This document shows, piece by piece, positions 26,733 to 36,232 of a stretch of DNA of 64,000 nt. The stretch's first letter is position 1; every line of letters starts with the position of its first letter. Below the pieces are notes generated by a model that worked only from the letters and a program-made list of their open reading frames with translations, searched no databases and had not been told where the DNA came from. Origin of the DNA: Verrucomicrobiota bacterium (GTDB lineage Bacteria > Verrucomicrobiota > Verrucomicrobiia > Verrucomicrobiales > V1-33); the NCBI GenBank assembly GCA_039795165.1, contig JBDKER010000009.1:19699-83698 (forward strand). The letters run 5' to 3'. A program made the translations under genes and the position numbers.

Positions 26733-29024
26733 TCAGGGAGCGAGGCGGATGCTGTGTGGTCTCGCTTCCCTGTTGCCGGCGTCGTCGGTGGCTTCGGCGG
26801 TGATGGCGTCCGCTGCGGGGAGGGAGAGTTCCCAGTCGGCCACGCCGTGCTGCTGACTGATGATGGTGGCGGGGGAACCATTGATGGTGATGGCCTGCAC
26901 GGATTCATTGTCGTGCGAGACCCCGCGGACGGTGAGTTTTCCTTCGCTGCGGTGGATCTCTGTGATCATGGTGGCGGGCGGAAGGTCATCGACTGGGCTG
27001 AGCAATTCCGGGAATTCGTAGTGCAAGGTCCGCGAGGCGACGACATCCGGTCCGGTGAATCCATCCATGGGAGCGTAGCCTCGTTTGGCGAGCTGATCCG
27101 GAAAGTGACGGCTGACCACTTCGATGGTCTGGCCGCCTGTGGCCGGGGATGGATGGAAGATGTAGACGACCGGATGCTGGCGTGTTTCGCTGCGCGGGCC
27201 GCCGCCGAGGTCGACGACCTTGCTTTCGGAACGGCAGTTTTCGATGATAAGACCGCGGAAGTGGCCGGTGACAGTTTCCGGGGCTGTGCAGGCCAGCTGG
27301 ATGAGGGGATCGCGTCCGGTGCGGCAATTGCGGAGCGTGACCTCATCCATGGTGAAATTCCCGTACTGGATGCTTTCGTCGTCGTGGCCGCGGTTGATGG
27401 GTTCGCTTTCCACGGTGTCGAGAGTGATGTGGCGGTAGACGTGGTGGTCGTAGTCCGGGTGGTAGATGCCGTAGACGGCGCGCTGCACATGGAGGCCGTC
27501 GCAGAGGAAGAAGCGGAGATTCGGACGGAGCGAGTAATGGGTTTCCCATGCCCGCAGCTGACGGACGATGAAGGGGTGGCCGCGGTCGCTGCTGGTATGG
27601 CGTCCATCGTCGTCGCCGAGATTGAAGCTGTAGAGGCCTTCCGTGTGCGATTCATTGGCCTCGAAGCGGAGGAAGGGAAGGTGGCGCACGTCCGTGTCCT
27701 GCGGTTTTCCATCCGGCCGCGGCAGTGACAGGACCGGGCTGAAGTTGCTGAACTGGCGGACTTCGAAGCGGAAGCCATAGCGGTCGTTTTCGCAGGCGAC
27801 ATTCCGGGTGAAGGCATTGCGGCCATTGGCCCACCAGAAGCCTGCTCCGTCATTGGGATCGAAGGGGAGGGCTTGTTTCGGGAGGCGCGGGGCCGCGGTG
27901 GCCTGGACCGCGAGATTGCGGTCGAGGAGGTTCCATTGTTCCGTGGCGTCTTCGAGGAAGAAGCCATGGCCTTTGGACTGATAACCGACGCAGTCGCGTA
28001 CGAGGAGGTGGTCGGTTCCATGGATGGTGATCCAGCGGTTGTGGCTGTCCCAGATGCTGGCTCCGGTGACGCCGCTGCCGCGCATGGTGTTTCCGGCGAG
28101 GTGGAAATGGATGGCGTATTTGCCAAGGAGGCCGGTTTTGCCGAGGTGACGGAATTCGGCATAGCTGATCCCACCGGCGGAATCGCGGTGGTACATGGTG
28201 TGGCCTCGGATGCCCTCCGGCTGGGCGCTTTCGATGACGACATTGCGGCTGAGAAGGGCTGCTTCCGACTGGCGGAAGGATTCGCCGAGGTGATGGTAAT
28301 CGAGGGGGCGGTCAAGGGTCAGGCGCTGGCCCTCGATGGCGGAAATGAGACGGCGTTCCGTGGCTCCGCCGGCTGCGGTGGCCTGCGCCTTCGTGAATTC
28401 CGGTTCGAGCGATCCCGTCACAATGACCTGCTGGCCGGGCCGCCAGCCAGTGGGTGGCTCGGCGAGGGTGACTTCGCTGGCACCGGGTTTGGCCGTGGCC
28501 GCCAGCTTGAGCCATGTGCGGGGCATGGGGCTGCCGTGGACGTCCCAGCGGCCGCCGCAGGCCACAATGGCAGGCAGAGTTTCCGGATTCATGCCCGGGA
28601 AGTGACGGAGCCGGATGCGGGCCGAAATTCCCGCCGGAATCGGCTGCGCGCGCGTGCCGATTTCGAGCGCGGGGAGCGGGCCGTCCGCCGCCGCCTCCGG
28701 GGCTTCCTCATGACAATCGAAGCCATCTTCCGAGCATGTGCCGCCCGGGGAAATGCGGATCAGTCCCGCCGTGAGCAGCGTGTTGCGGTCGCGCGAAAAC
28801 GTCAGTGTTCCCGCCACGTGGACGACGCGGAAGGCATCGTCCGACGCGACATCGTAGACCACCGTGTGGCCCTTGTGAATCTGGACCGACTCACCATCGC
28901 GGGGAGGTTTGCCATTCCATGTGGCCGGGTCCGACCATGGGCCGCTGCGGACCGAGCTGGCATCGAAGGCAACGGGAGCGGCGTGGGCAGCCGTGGCCAG
29001 CAGAGGAATGAGAAGGGCGCGCAT
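26733..29024 (-). CDS. G8 domain / right-handed beta-helix protein, secreted
   Basis: Start MRALLIPLLATAAHA at 29024. SGPWSDPATWNGKPPRDGESVQIHKGHTVVYDV matches the G8-domain opening pattern. The rest is beta-helix-like (repeated G..H/W..N motifs). Confidence 0.6.
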   Translation of the reverse strand: MRALLIPLLATAAHAAPVAFDASSVRSGPWSDPATWNGKPPRDGESVQIHKGHTVVYDVASDDAFRVVHVAGTLTFSRDRNTLLTAGLIRISPGGTCSEDGFDCHEEAPEAAADGPLPALEIGTRAQPIPAGISARIRLRHFPGMNPETLPAIVACGGRWDVHGSPMPRTWLKLAATAKPGASEVTLAEPPTGWRPGQQVIVTGSLEPEFTKAQATAAGGATERRLISAIEGQRLTLDRPLDYHHLGESFRQSEAALLSRNVVIESAQPEGIRGHTMYHRDSAGGISYAEFRHLGKTGLLGKYAIHFHLAGNTMRGSGVTGASIWDSHNRWITIHGTDHLLVRDCVGYQSKGHGFFLEDATEQWNLLDRNLAVQATAAPRLPKQALPFDPNDGAGFWWANGRNAFTRNVACENDRYGFRFEVRQFSNFSPVLSLPRPDGKPQDTDVRHLPFLRFEANESHTEGLYSFNLGDDDGRHTSSDRGHPFIVRQLRAWETHYSLRPNLRFFLCDGLHVQRAVYGIYHPDYDHHVYRHITLDTVESEPINRGHDDESIQYGNFTMDEVTLRNCRTGRDPLIQLACTAPETVTGHFRGLIIENCRSESKVVDLGGGPRSETRQHPVVYIFHPSPATGGQTIEVVSRHFPDQLAKRGYAPMDGFTGPDVVASRTLHYEFPELLSPVDDLPPATMITEIHRSEGKLTVRGVSHDNESVQAITINGSPATIISQQHGVADWELSLPAADAITAEATDDAGNREARPHSIRLAP

Positions 29025-29106
29025 GTTGCCGGAAGGATCCGGCAGAGCATGCGCGCCCGGCAACACCGCAGGCGCGTGGGCCTGCTGGTGTGATGTGATG
29101 ATGGGA

Positions 29107-29961
29107 TTACTTCGCGGCGGCGGTGGCCGGAGCGTAGCCCGCCACGGGATTACCGGCATCGTCCAGCTTGCCGCAGGCCCAGAGGAGACCGCGGGTCACG
29201 AGGTTGAGGTAGCGGTCGTCCGCGACCGTTTCGTTGTTGTGGCCGAGGCTCGTGCTGAAGATGCGGGTCTTCTTCTCGCCGTATTCGTGCGACCACACGA
29301 CCACGGTTTCCTGGTTTTCCTGTTTGCCTTTGGCGAGTGTGGTGGCCGTCGGATACACCTGAATGTTGTTGTAGAGTTCCTCCTTGATGGTCGTCCAGTT
29401 GGCGAGGCCCTTGGTGGCGGGGTGTTTGTCGTCCGTGTAGGTCACGTCGATGGGCTTCTGGGGACCGTGGCCGGTGCTCTGGAGACCGAGCATATCGAAC
29501 CACATGGCGTCGGTCGATCCCGGGGTGACGGGTTTGGCAATCTGGCCGACGCGGTAGCAATGCATGGCGCAGTGCAGATTGACGGCCGGGACCCCGTTCT
29601 TGTGGGCGTCAAGGATATTCTGGACATAGGCCGTGTCCTTGATGTCGGCCGAGCATTCGTCATGAATGACCACGTCGTAGTTATTGGCCCAGTCCTTGCC
29701 TTCGTAGCAGGGGAAGGTCGCCTTCGTGCTGCTGTCCGGGGAATAGCAGACCGTAACTTCGACATTGGCGCGGCTCTCGATGCCCGCCTTGAGCAGATCC
29801 TTCTGCGTTTTGTAATCGTGACAGCAGCCGCCGATCACAAGAAGGGCCTTGAGGGGAGCTGGCTTGCCTTTGGTTTCAGCGACCGAAGGCATGCTCAGGA
29901 AAGCAGCCGATCCGAGCACGAGGGAGGCAGCGGCGAAGGGGAGGAGTTGGCGTTTGTTCAT
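29107..29961 (-). CDS. ThuA domain-containing protein (secreted)
   Basis: Start MNKRQLLPFAAASLVLGSAAF at 29961. LKALLVIGGCCHDY..., VIHDECSA, AVNLHCAMHCY and WSHEYGEKKTRIFSTSLGHNNET are ThuA-like. Confidence 0.75.
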   Translation of the reverse strand: MNKRQLLPFAAASLVLGSAAFLSMPSVAETKGKPAPLKALLVIGGCCHDYKTQKDLLKAGIESRANVEVTVCYSPDSSTKATFPCYEGKDWANNYDVVIHDECSADIKDTAYVQNILDAHKNGVPAVNLHCAMHCYRVGQIAKPVTPGSTDAMWFDMLGLQSTGHGPQKPIDVTYTDDKHPATKGLANWTTIKEELYNNIQVYPTATTLAKGKQENQETVVVWSHEYGEKKTRIFSTSLGHNNETVADDRYLNLVTRGLLWACGKLDDAGNPVAGYAPATAAAK

Positions 29962-29995
29962 GGAAAAGAATACAGAGAAGTTGCTCCGGCGGGCA

Positions 29996-31465
29996 TCAGG
30001 CGAAAAGAGACGTGACGGCCTGTGCTTTGACGAGTTCCCGGGGCTGATTGAGGTGATTGTAGACGATGGTTTCCGGTGCGATGCCGAAGGCGTGGTAGAT
30101 GGTGGCGAGGAGTTCGCCCGGGTGGACGGGATTCTCGAGCGGGGCGCTGCCCGTCTTGTCGGAACTGCCGTGGACGTAGCCCCGCTTGATGCCAGCGCCG
30201 GCGATGATGCTGGTGTAGCAGTACGGCCAGTGGTCGCGTCCGTCCGGGCTGTTGTCATTGCCGCTCGTGCTGACGCCCTTCTGCGGGCTGCGGCCGAATT
30301 CGCCAACGGCCACCACGAGAGTTGAATCAAGGAGGCCACGTTGGTCGAGGTCTTCGATGAGGGTGGAGAGCCCACTGTCGAGCATGGGGGCGGCCTGATC
30401 CTTCATGCGCTGGAAGAGGCCGGTGTGGCAATCCCATGAATGGTTGTCGCTGTTGGCGACTTTTGGCCAGATGACTTCGACGACCCGGGTGCCTGCTTCC
30501 ACGAGGCGGCGTGCGAGGAGGAGGCTTTGGCCGAAGGTATTGCGGCCGTAGGAATCGCGCAGTTTATCCGGTTCGCTGCTCAGGGCGAAGGCATCGCGGG
30601 CGCGGCCGCTCACGATGAGATTGAGGGCGCGGTCATAGTAGTCGTCGAGCTGCCATGACGAGACGGCCTTTTCCATCTCCTTCATCTGACTGGAAAGGGC
30701 GTCGCGGAGCCGGGCGCGGCGCTGGAGGCGGACCGTGAAGACATCGGGCCGGAGCTGGAGGTCATCGATGCGGATGCGTTCCATTTTGGCCATGTCCATG
30801 TCATCGCCGTCGGGATAGAGCGTGTAGGGATCGAATGCCTTGCCGAGGAATCCGGCGGTACCGGCCTTGCCGACGACATTGCTTTCCTGAAGCGGGCGCG
30901 GCAGCATCACGAATGGCAGCATGGGAACATCCAGCGGCTGCATCTTGATGATGTTGGAACCGAAGTTCGGAAAATCCTTGGGGCTGGGGGGCTCGAGCTG
31001 GCCGCTGGGACTGACCTTGTCCGTCGTGTAGCCCGTCATCATCTGGTAGATGGCCGCCGTGTGATTGAACAGGCCATTGGGCGTGTAGCTCATCGAGCGG
31101 ATCATGGTGAACTTGTCATTCACCGTGGCGAGCTTCGGCAGAAGTTCCGTGAACTGAACGCCGGGGATCTTCGTGGAGATCGGTTTGAATTCCGACTTCA
31201 CGTTGGTGGGGACATTTTCCTTGGGGTCCCAGAGGTCGAGGTGGCTGGGCCCGCCCTGCAGGTAGACGAGGATGACGCTTTTGGCTTTGCCCCAGCCCGG
31301 ACCGCCGCCGGATCCGGCGGCTTCCGCGACCGCCTGGGCCCGGAAGAGCTGGTTGAGGGTCATGCCCATCATGCCGCCTCCGCCCACGCGGAGAACATCG
31401 CGTCTGGTGATGCCGACGCTGCGGTCGCACACGTCTTTGCCTGCCTGGCCGGGGATGCGGATCAT
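29996..31465 (-). CDS. DUF1501 domain-containing protein (TAT signal)
   Basis: [34 protein letters not shown] signal, then [32 protein letters not shown] and GRDHW. It is a paralogue of 10474-11910. Confidence 0.85.
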   Translation of the reverse strand: MIRIPGQAGKDVCDRSVGITRRDVLRVGGGGMMGMTLNQLFRAQAVAEAAGSGGGPGWGKAKSVILVYLQGGPSHLDLWDPKENVPTNVKSEFKPISTKIPGVQFTELLPKLATVNDKFTMIRSMSYTPNGLFNHTAAIYQMMTGYTTDKVSPSGQLEPPSPKDFPNFGSNIIKMQPLDVPMLPFVMLPRPLQESNVVGKAGTAGFLGKAFDPYTLYPDGDDMDMAKMERIRIDDLQLRPDVFTVRLQRRARLRDALSSQMKEMEKAVSSWQLDDYYDRALNLIVSGRARDAFALSSEPDKLRDSYGRNTFGQSLLLARRLVEAGTRVVEVIWPKVANSDNHSWDCHTGLFQRMKDQAAPMLDSGLSTLIEDLDQRGLLDSTLVVAVGEFGRSPQKGVSTSGNDNSPDGRDHWPYCYTSIIAGAGIKRGYVHGSSDKTGSAPLENPVHPGELLATIYHAFGIAPETIVYNHLNQPRELVKAQAVTSLFA

Positions 31466-31583
31466 GGGAATGGAAGTGGAGGATGATGTGACCGGAAAGT
31501 CCGGGAAGGAACCGAGACGGAAGATAGCGGCGGATGACGGTCCGCGGGAAATACGGAAACGCGTGACGGGCGGGCGTGCCGTG

Positions 31584-32894
31584 TCACCTTCCGGGCCACC
31601 ATTGATCGAGACGCTCGCGGAGCCGGGTGACGTCGTCCGGTTTGGCGGGCGCGAGATTCTGCGTTTCGTGGGGGTCGGTGGAGAGATCGTACAGTTCGAC
31701 GGGGGCATCGGGTTCGTTGGGACCCGGGAGCATGAGTTTCCAGTGGCCGTTGATGGTCCAGCGCCAGCGGAGGCTCGTGGCTGGCTTCTGGAGGTCGACG
31801 GCATTGTGGGTGAAGCAGGAACCGAAGACCCCGTTGCGCTGGGTGACGGCTGCGGTGTCGCGCAGGTCGAGGCCGCGCATGGATTCCGGCGGGGTGATGC
31901 CAGTGCAGCGGAGCAGGGTGGGGGCGAGGTCGATGGAACTGACGGGCACATCCGGCTGGGCGGGCGTGATCTTCCCCTTCCAGCGGATCATCATGGGGGT
32001 GCGGAGGCCGCCATCATACTGGGATTGCTTTGAGCGGGGTGCGTAGCGCGGGTTGCCGGGCGACTGGATCCAGCCATTGTCGGCGACGTAGGCGACGATG
32101 GTGTTTTCATCGAGACCGGATGATTTGAGATGGTCCATGAGCTGACCGATGGTTTCGTCGAACCATTCGACCATGGCCCAGTAGCGGGCGACGTGGAGGG
32201 ACGGGGTTTTGCCGCGGTATTTCTGGAGGAGCCGCTGGGGAGGCGTATGGGGATCGTGCGGAAGCAGGGGAGCGTACCAGACAAAGAACGGTTTCTGCTG
32301 TTCGCGGGCGGTCCTGATGAAATCGTAGATCGGCTGCATCGACTTGCGCCCGATTTCGAGGCCTTCGTCGCCATGGCGGCCACCGCTTTGCGGGTCGCCT
32401 TTGGTCATCCCGTGGGTGAAGCCGCCGCGCTGGAAATTGCCCTGCCACCATTTGCCGGTCTGCAGGGAAAGGTAGCCCTGCCTGCCGAGGATGCGGGGAA
32501 GCGAGGGCGCTTCGTCCATGAAGCCGTTCATGATTTCGCGCCCTGCGGCGAACTGCGGATTGCGGAGTCTAGGAACGCCGGGCTGATCGCCTTTGCCGAG
32601 CGGAGGATCGTTGGAAGTGATGCGGTGCTGGTGGGGGTACTGACCGGTCAGAATCGTGGCGAGGCTGGGACAGCACAGACTCGACGTGACGTAGCCGCGG
32701 CGGAAACATAGGCTTTCCGCAGCAAGCCGGTCGAGATTCGGCGTCTGGATATGCGGGTGACCCATGAAGCCGTAGTCGGTCCACGCATGGTCATCCGAGA
32801 CAATCAGAACTACATTCGGCTGATCCGCGGCCTGCCCACGGGGATGGATCAGCAGCAGAGCGATTCCAAGCAGCAGAAGAAAGGGGAGACGCAT
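31584..32894 (-). CDS. sulfatase-family protein with non-canonical active-site motifs
   Basis: Signal [22 protein letters not shown] and [11 protein letters not shown]. The formylglycine motif reads CCPSL (Leu codon CTC at 32662-32664) instead of CxPxR, and GKWW replaces GKWH. Confidence 0.8.
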   Translation of the reverse strand: MRLPFLLLLGIALLLIHPRGQAADQPNVVLIVSDDHAWTDYGFMGHPHIQTPNLDRLAAESLCFRRGYVTSSLCCPSLATILTGQYPHQHRITSNDPPLGKGDQPGVPRLRNPQFAAGREIMNGFMDEAPSLPRILGRQGYLSLQTGKWWQGNFQRGGFTHGMTKGDPQSGGRHGDEGLEIGRKSMQPIYDFIRTAREQQKPFFVWYAPLLPHDPHTPPQRLLQKYRGKTPSLHVARYWAMVEWFDETIGQLMDHLKSSGLDENTIVAYVADNGWIQSPGNPRYAPRSKQSQYDGGLRTPMMIRWKGKITPAQPDVPVSSIDLAPTLLRCTGITPPESMRGLDLRDTAAVTQRNGVFGSCFTHNAVDLQKPATSLRWRWTINGHWKLMLPGPNEPDAPVELYDLSTDPHETQNLAPAKPDDVTRLRERLDQWWPGR

Positions 32895-32953
32895 GAGAGC
32901 AATGTGCCGTCGGCTCGCGAAGCGGGGAAGTTCCGCCTTTGCGGTGCGCCGGT

Positions 32954-34282
32954 TCAGATGGGCTTGCGGGGAAAGAGAAAGAAATAGGCAGCGACGGCAG
33001 CACCCGCGAAAAGGAGGACGAGGCCAAGCCACGTGAGGAAGCGTCCCGTCCATTTGGCGCGGTCGTTCATGCGTTCCGCGGGATTGAGGAACGGGGTCGC
33101 CAGAGCGAGTAGAAAGGCCGTCATGAGGGGGACAATGACGGGAGACCCTCCCAGCAGGAGGATGGCCGGGAAGAGGAACACTCCGATGAGCAGCAGAAAG
33201 AGCATGAGGAGGCATCCCTTGTCGGCCGTGTCGTGCACAGGCGTGCCCTTTTCCGGCACTGGCGGGTTCGGAACCGGTGCGGGGGAGTCGGTGGAGGAAT
33301 CAGACGAAGAGGGCGAGGAAGGTGTAGTATTCATGCGGTCGCCTGTGCGCAGCGGATGGCCACTGAGGAACGCGCCGGCGGGGAGACGGCGTCGGCCTTC
33401 CGCCTGAATTTCGTGGATCGTCAGGGAACCCGAGCCGCAGGCCACCCGGATGCCGTCCGGTCCCGCGTGCAGGATCGTTCCCGGCAGCGGACAGCCTGTG
33501 GCTTCGGAATCATGGCCGGCCGGAGGAAAGATCTTGGCTCGCGAGCCATCGGGCAGTGCCGTGGTGGTGCCGGGCCATGGATCGAAGGCGCGGATGCGGC
33601 GTTCCAATTCGGCGGCCGGACGGTTCCAGTCGATTTCCCCGTCGCTCCGCGTGAGCTTTCCGCAGTGCGTGGCGAGTCGGTCATCCTGAGGCTGCGGGAC
33701 GACCGTTCCCGCAGCAATCGCAGGAAGAATGGCCTGGAGTGCCGCCGGAGTCAGTTCCGCGAGGCGGTCGTGCAGCGATCCCCCGGTTTCCGTGGCACTG
33801 AGGGGAATGGCCATGGTGTGAAGGATGTCACCCGTATCAAGTCCTGCGTCCATCTGCATGACGGTGATGCCCGATTCCGCGTCGCCGGCAAGGATGGCCG
33901 ACTGAATGGGAGAAGCGCCGCGGTGACGGGGCAGCAGGGAGGCGTGGAGATTGATGCAGCCGAGCCGCGGAATCGTCAGTATGGCCTCGGGGAGAATCTG
34001 ACCGTAGGCCATCACGATCATGAGGTCGGGTTCCAGCGCGGCAATCTGTCCGGGAATCTGGCGGATGCGTTGCGGCTGGAGGACAGGGATTCCGGCGGCC
34101 AGGGCGGCTGTCTTCGTGGCCGGTGGGGTAAGGATCTGTTTCCGGCCCACCGGCTTGTCCGGCTGGCAGATCACGGCAGCGATGGTGAGGGCAGGATCGG
34201 CCAGAAGAGCCTTGAGCAGAGGGAGACCGATGTCGCCGGTCCCGGTGAAGATGACGCGCATGGAAGGAATTGGTGCAGGCAT
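32954..34282 (-). CDS. fmt: methionyl-tRNA formyltransferase fused in frame to a C-terminal Ser/Pro linker and three predicted TM helices
   Basis: (MPAPIPS)MRVIFTGTGDIGLP..., INLHASLLPRHRGASPIQ, and about 310 aa of canonical Fmt ending ...FLSGHPLRTGDR. The same frame then runs on with no stop for 125 aa (NTTPSSPSSSDSS... then hydrophobic stretches). An alternative start is at 34261. Confidence 0.85.
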   Translation of the reverse strand: MPAPIPSMRVIFTGTGDIGLPLLKALLADPALTIAAVICQPDKPVGRKQILTPPATKTAALAAGIPVLQPQRIRQIPGQIAALEPDLMIVMAYGQILPEAILTIPRLGCINLHASLLPRHRGASPIQSAILAGDAESGITVMQMDAGLDTGDILHTMAIPLSATETGGSLHDRLAELTPAALQAILPAIAAGTVVPQPQDDRLATHCGKLTRSDGEIDWNRPAAELERRIRAFDPWPGTTTALPDGSRAKIFPPAGHDSEATGCPLPGTILHAGPDGIRVACGSGSLTIHEIQAEGRRRLPAGAFLSGHPLRTGDRMNTTPSSPSSSDSSTDSPAPVPNPPVPEKGTPVHDTADKGCLLMLFLLLIGVFLFPAILLLGGSPVIVPLMTAFLLALATPFLNPAERMNDRAKWTGRFLTWLGLVLLFAGAAVAAYFFLFPRKPI

Positions 34283-34394
34283 GGCGCGATCCCAATCGCA
34301 AAATGCAGTTCTGTCCGGCTTCTGCAATTGGCCACGAAGAAGTCTTGCCGCAGGGGATGGACCGCGCCATGGTCCCGAAGATTCCCCAAGACAC

Positions 34395-35099
34395 ATGCAG
34401 CCCGAACTGGAACAAATGCTCATTCTGCAGGACAAAGATCAGCACCTGCGGAGACTGCGGCTGGAACTGAAGAAACTGCCGGCCGAAGAAGAACGGGCGA
34501 AGGCAAAACTCGCCGGAGATACTCAGGCCGTGCAGGTCGCCAAGGAAGCGGTGCAGCACAACGAGGTGGCCGTGAAGAATCTCGAACTCCAGATCCAGAC
34601 CCGCCGCGACACCATCACAAAACTCAAGATCCAGCAGTTCGAGACCCGCAAGAATGAGGAATTCAAGGCGATCGGCCACGAAATCGAGCGCTATACCGCC
34701 GAAGTCGGCCGACTCGAGGACGACGAACTCGCGCTCATGGAAAAAGGCGAATCCCTCAAGGCAGCCCATGCCGCCGCAGTGGCCGGGCTCAAGGCAACGG
34801 AATCCCTCGTGGCAGAAGAACTGGGACGCATCGGAGAACGGAGAAACAACCTGAACAGCCAGGCCGCGGAATTCGAAACGGTGCGGGCGGCTCAGGCCAC
34901 GAAGCTTCCCGAGGAACTGCTGGAACGCTACGACCGCATCTTCCAGCACCGTGGCGATGCCGCCGTGGTGCCGCTCGAGCACGGCGTCTGCGGAGGCTGT
35001 CACATGAAGGTGACCGCTTCCTGCGTGGCCACGGCCAAAACAAGACGGGTCCTCACAACCTGTCCGAACTGCGCACGGTTCGTCTACCTCGGCGACTGA
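34395..35099 (+). CDS. coiled-coil C4 zinc-ribbon protein (DUF164/COG1579 type)
   Basis: MQPELEQMLILQDKDQHLRRLRLELKKLP..., a long coiled coil, then GVCGGCHMKV...CPNCARFVYL zinc ribbon. Confidence 0.75.
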   Translation: MQPELEQMLILQDKDQHLRRLRLELKKLPAEEERAKAKLAGDTQAVQVAKEAVQHNEVAVKNLELQIQTRRDTITKLKIQQFETRKNEEFKAIGHEIERYTAEVGRLEDDELALMEKGESLKAAHAAAVAGLKATESLVAEELGRIGERRNNLNSQAAEFETVRAAQATKLPEELLERYDRIFQHRGDAAVVPLEHGVCGGCHMKVTASCVATAKTRRVLTTCPNCARFVYLGD

Positions 35100-35108
35100 G
35101 GAAGCGGG

Positions 35109-36197
35109 TCAGTGGAGGCCGAGGACGGCCAGCTGCCATGGCAGGAGGAGTTCCGGAGCTCGCGATTCATTGTCGGCAATGGCCTCGAGAACGGCCCTCG
35201 ATCCCAGCAGGGCAGGATCGAGATCCAGTTCGGCACCCTTGCGGTCGCGCAATTCCTTGAGCGCATCAAAGCGCTTTTCGGCTTCCGGATTCCGTTCGTG
35301 GCGGCGGCGCGCCGGACGCTTCGGCCAGTCCGCTTCCGGCGTTTCGCGGGCTTCCTTGAGGGCGCGGTAGAAGCGGCGATGGAAGGGCGGGGGATAGCGG
35401 TCGGGTAGACGCACCTCCGCGCCATCCTCGAGGGCTTCCGCGAAATTCAGCAGGTCCTGATTCCCGATCACCTTGAAGGTCGGACGGTCAAGGCGTTCCG
35501 CCTCGCTGTCGCGCCAGCGCCAGAGGGCACGCAGGAAATTGAGTCCGGCCGGACGCAGCTTGCCGCTTCCCGTGATGCGCCAGAGTTCGTCGGGGTCGGG
35601 CGGTGGACGGCGCAGGACGGAAAGCCGTGCATCTTCGCAGGACTGACGGAACCATTCCTCGCGGCCGAGTTCCCTCAGTTTCGCAAGGAATTTGTCAGCG
35701 AGCGGAATGATGAAATGCACGTCGTTGAGGGCGTACTCGATCATGCGGTCCGTGAGCGGGCGGCGGCCCCAGTCGGCCCGCTGCGACTGCTTGGAGAGAG
35801 CGACACCAAAATTCGATTCGACGAGGTGAGCGAGTCCGAACTGGCGTTCACCGCAGAGCCGGGCGGCGACCTGGGTATCGAACATGCGGACGGGAATGTG
35901 ACCGTACGTCCGCCGCATGAGTGACATGTCAAGGTCGGCACCGTGCAGCCAGATTTCCGAGGAATCGAGGTAGCTCAGGAGCGGACTGAGATCGGCAATG
36001 CCAAGAGGATCGATGAGCACCTTGCGGTCGCCCACGCCCATCTGGATGAGGCACAGTTTCTCCCGGTAGGAATGGAGGGAATCCGCTTCGGTATCGATGG
36101 CCACGCGGACCCCGTCGCCATTCGGGATGGCGTTGAGGAAGCTGTGCAGGGCTTCGGGCGTACAGATGAAATGATCGGAGGCAGCGGAATCAGGCAC
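35109..36197 (-). CDS. rnd: ribonuclease D
   Basis: DEDD 3'-5' exonuclease motifs (VAIDTEADSLHSY, HGADLDM, YALNDVHF) followed by an HRDC-like C-terminal region. Confidence 0.85.
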   Translation of the reverse strand: MPDSAASDHFICTPEALHSFLNAIPNGDGVRVAIDTEADSLHSYREKLCLIQMGVGDRKVLIDPLGIADLSPLLSYLDSSEIWLHGADLDMSLMRRTYGHIPVRMFDTQVAARLCGERQFGLAHLVESNFGVALSKQSQRADWGRRPLTDRMIEYALNDVHFIIPLADKFLAKLRELGREEWFRQSCEDARLSVLRRPPPDPDELWRITGSGKLRPAGLNFLRALWRWRDSEAERLDRPTFKVIGNQDLLNFAEALEDGAEVRLPDRYPPPFHRRFYRALKEARETPEADWPKRPARRRHERNPEAEKRFDALKELRDRKGAELDLDPALLGSRAVLEAIADNESRAPELLLPWQLAVLGLH

Positions 36198-36232
36198 TGA
36201 TGAACTCAGGGAAAAGGTGAATGGGGAATCGG

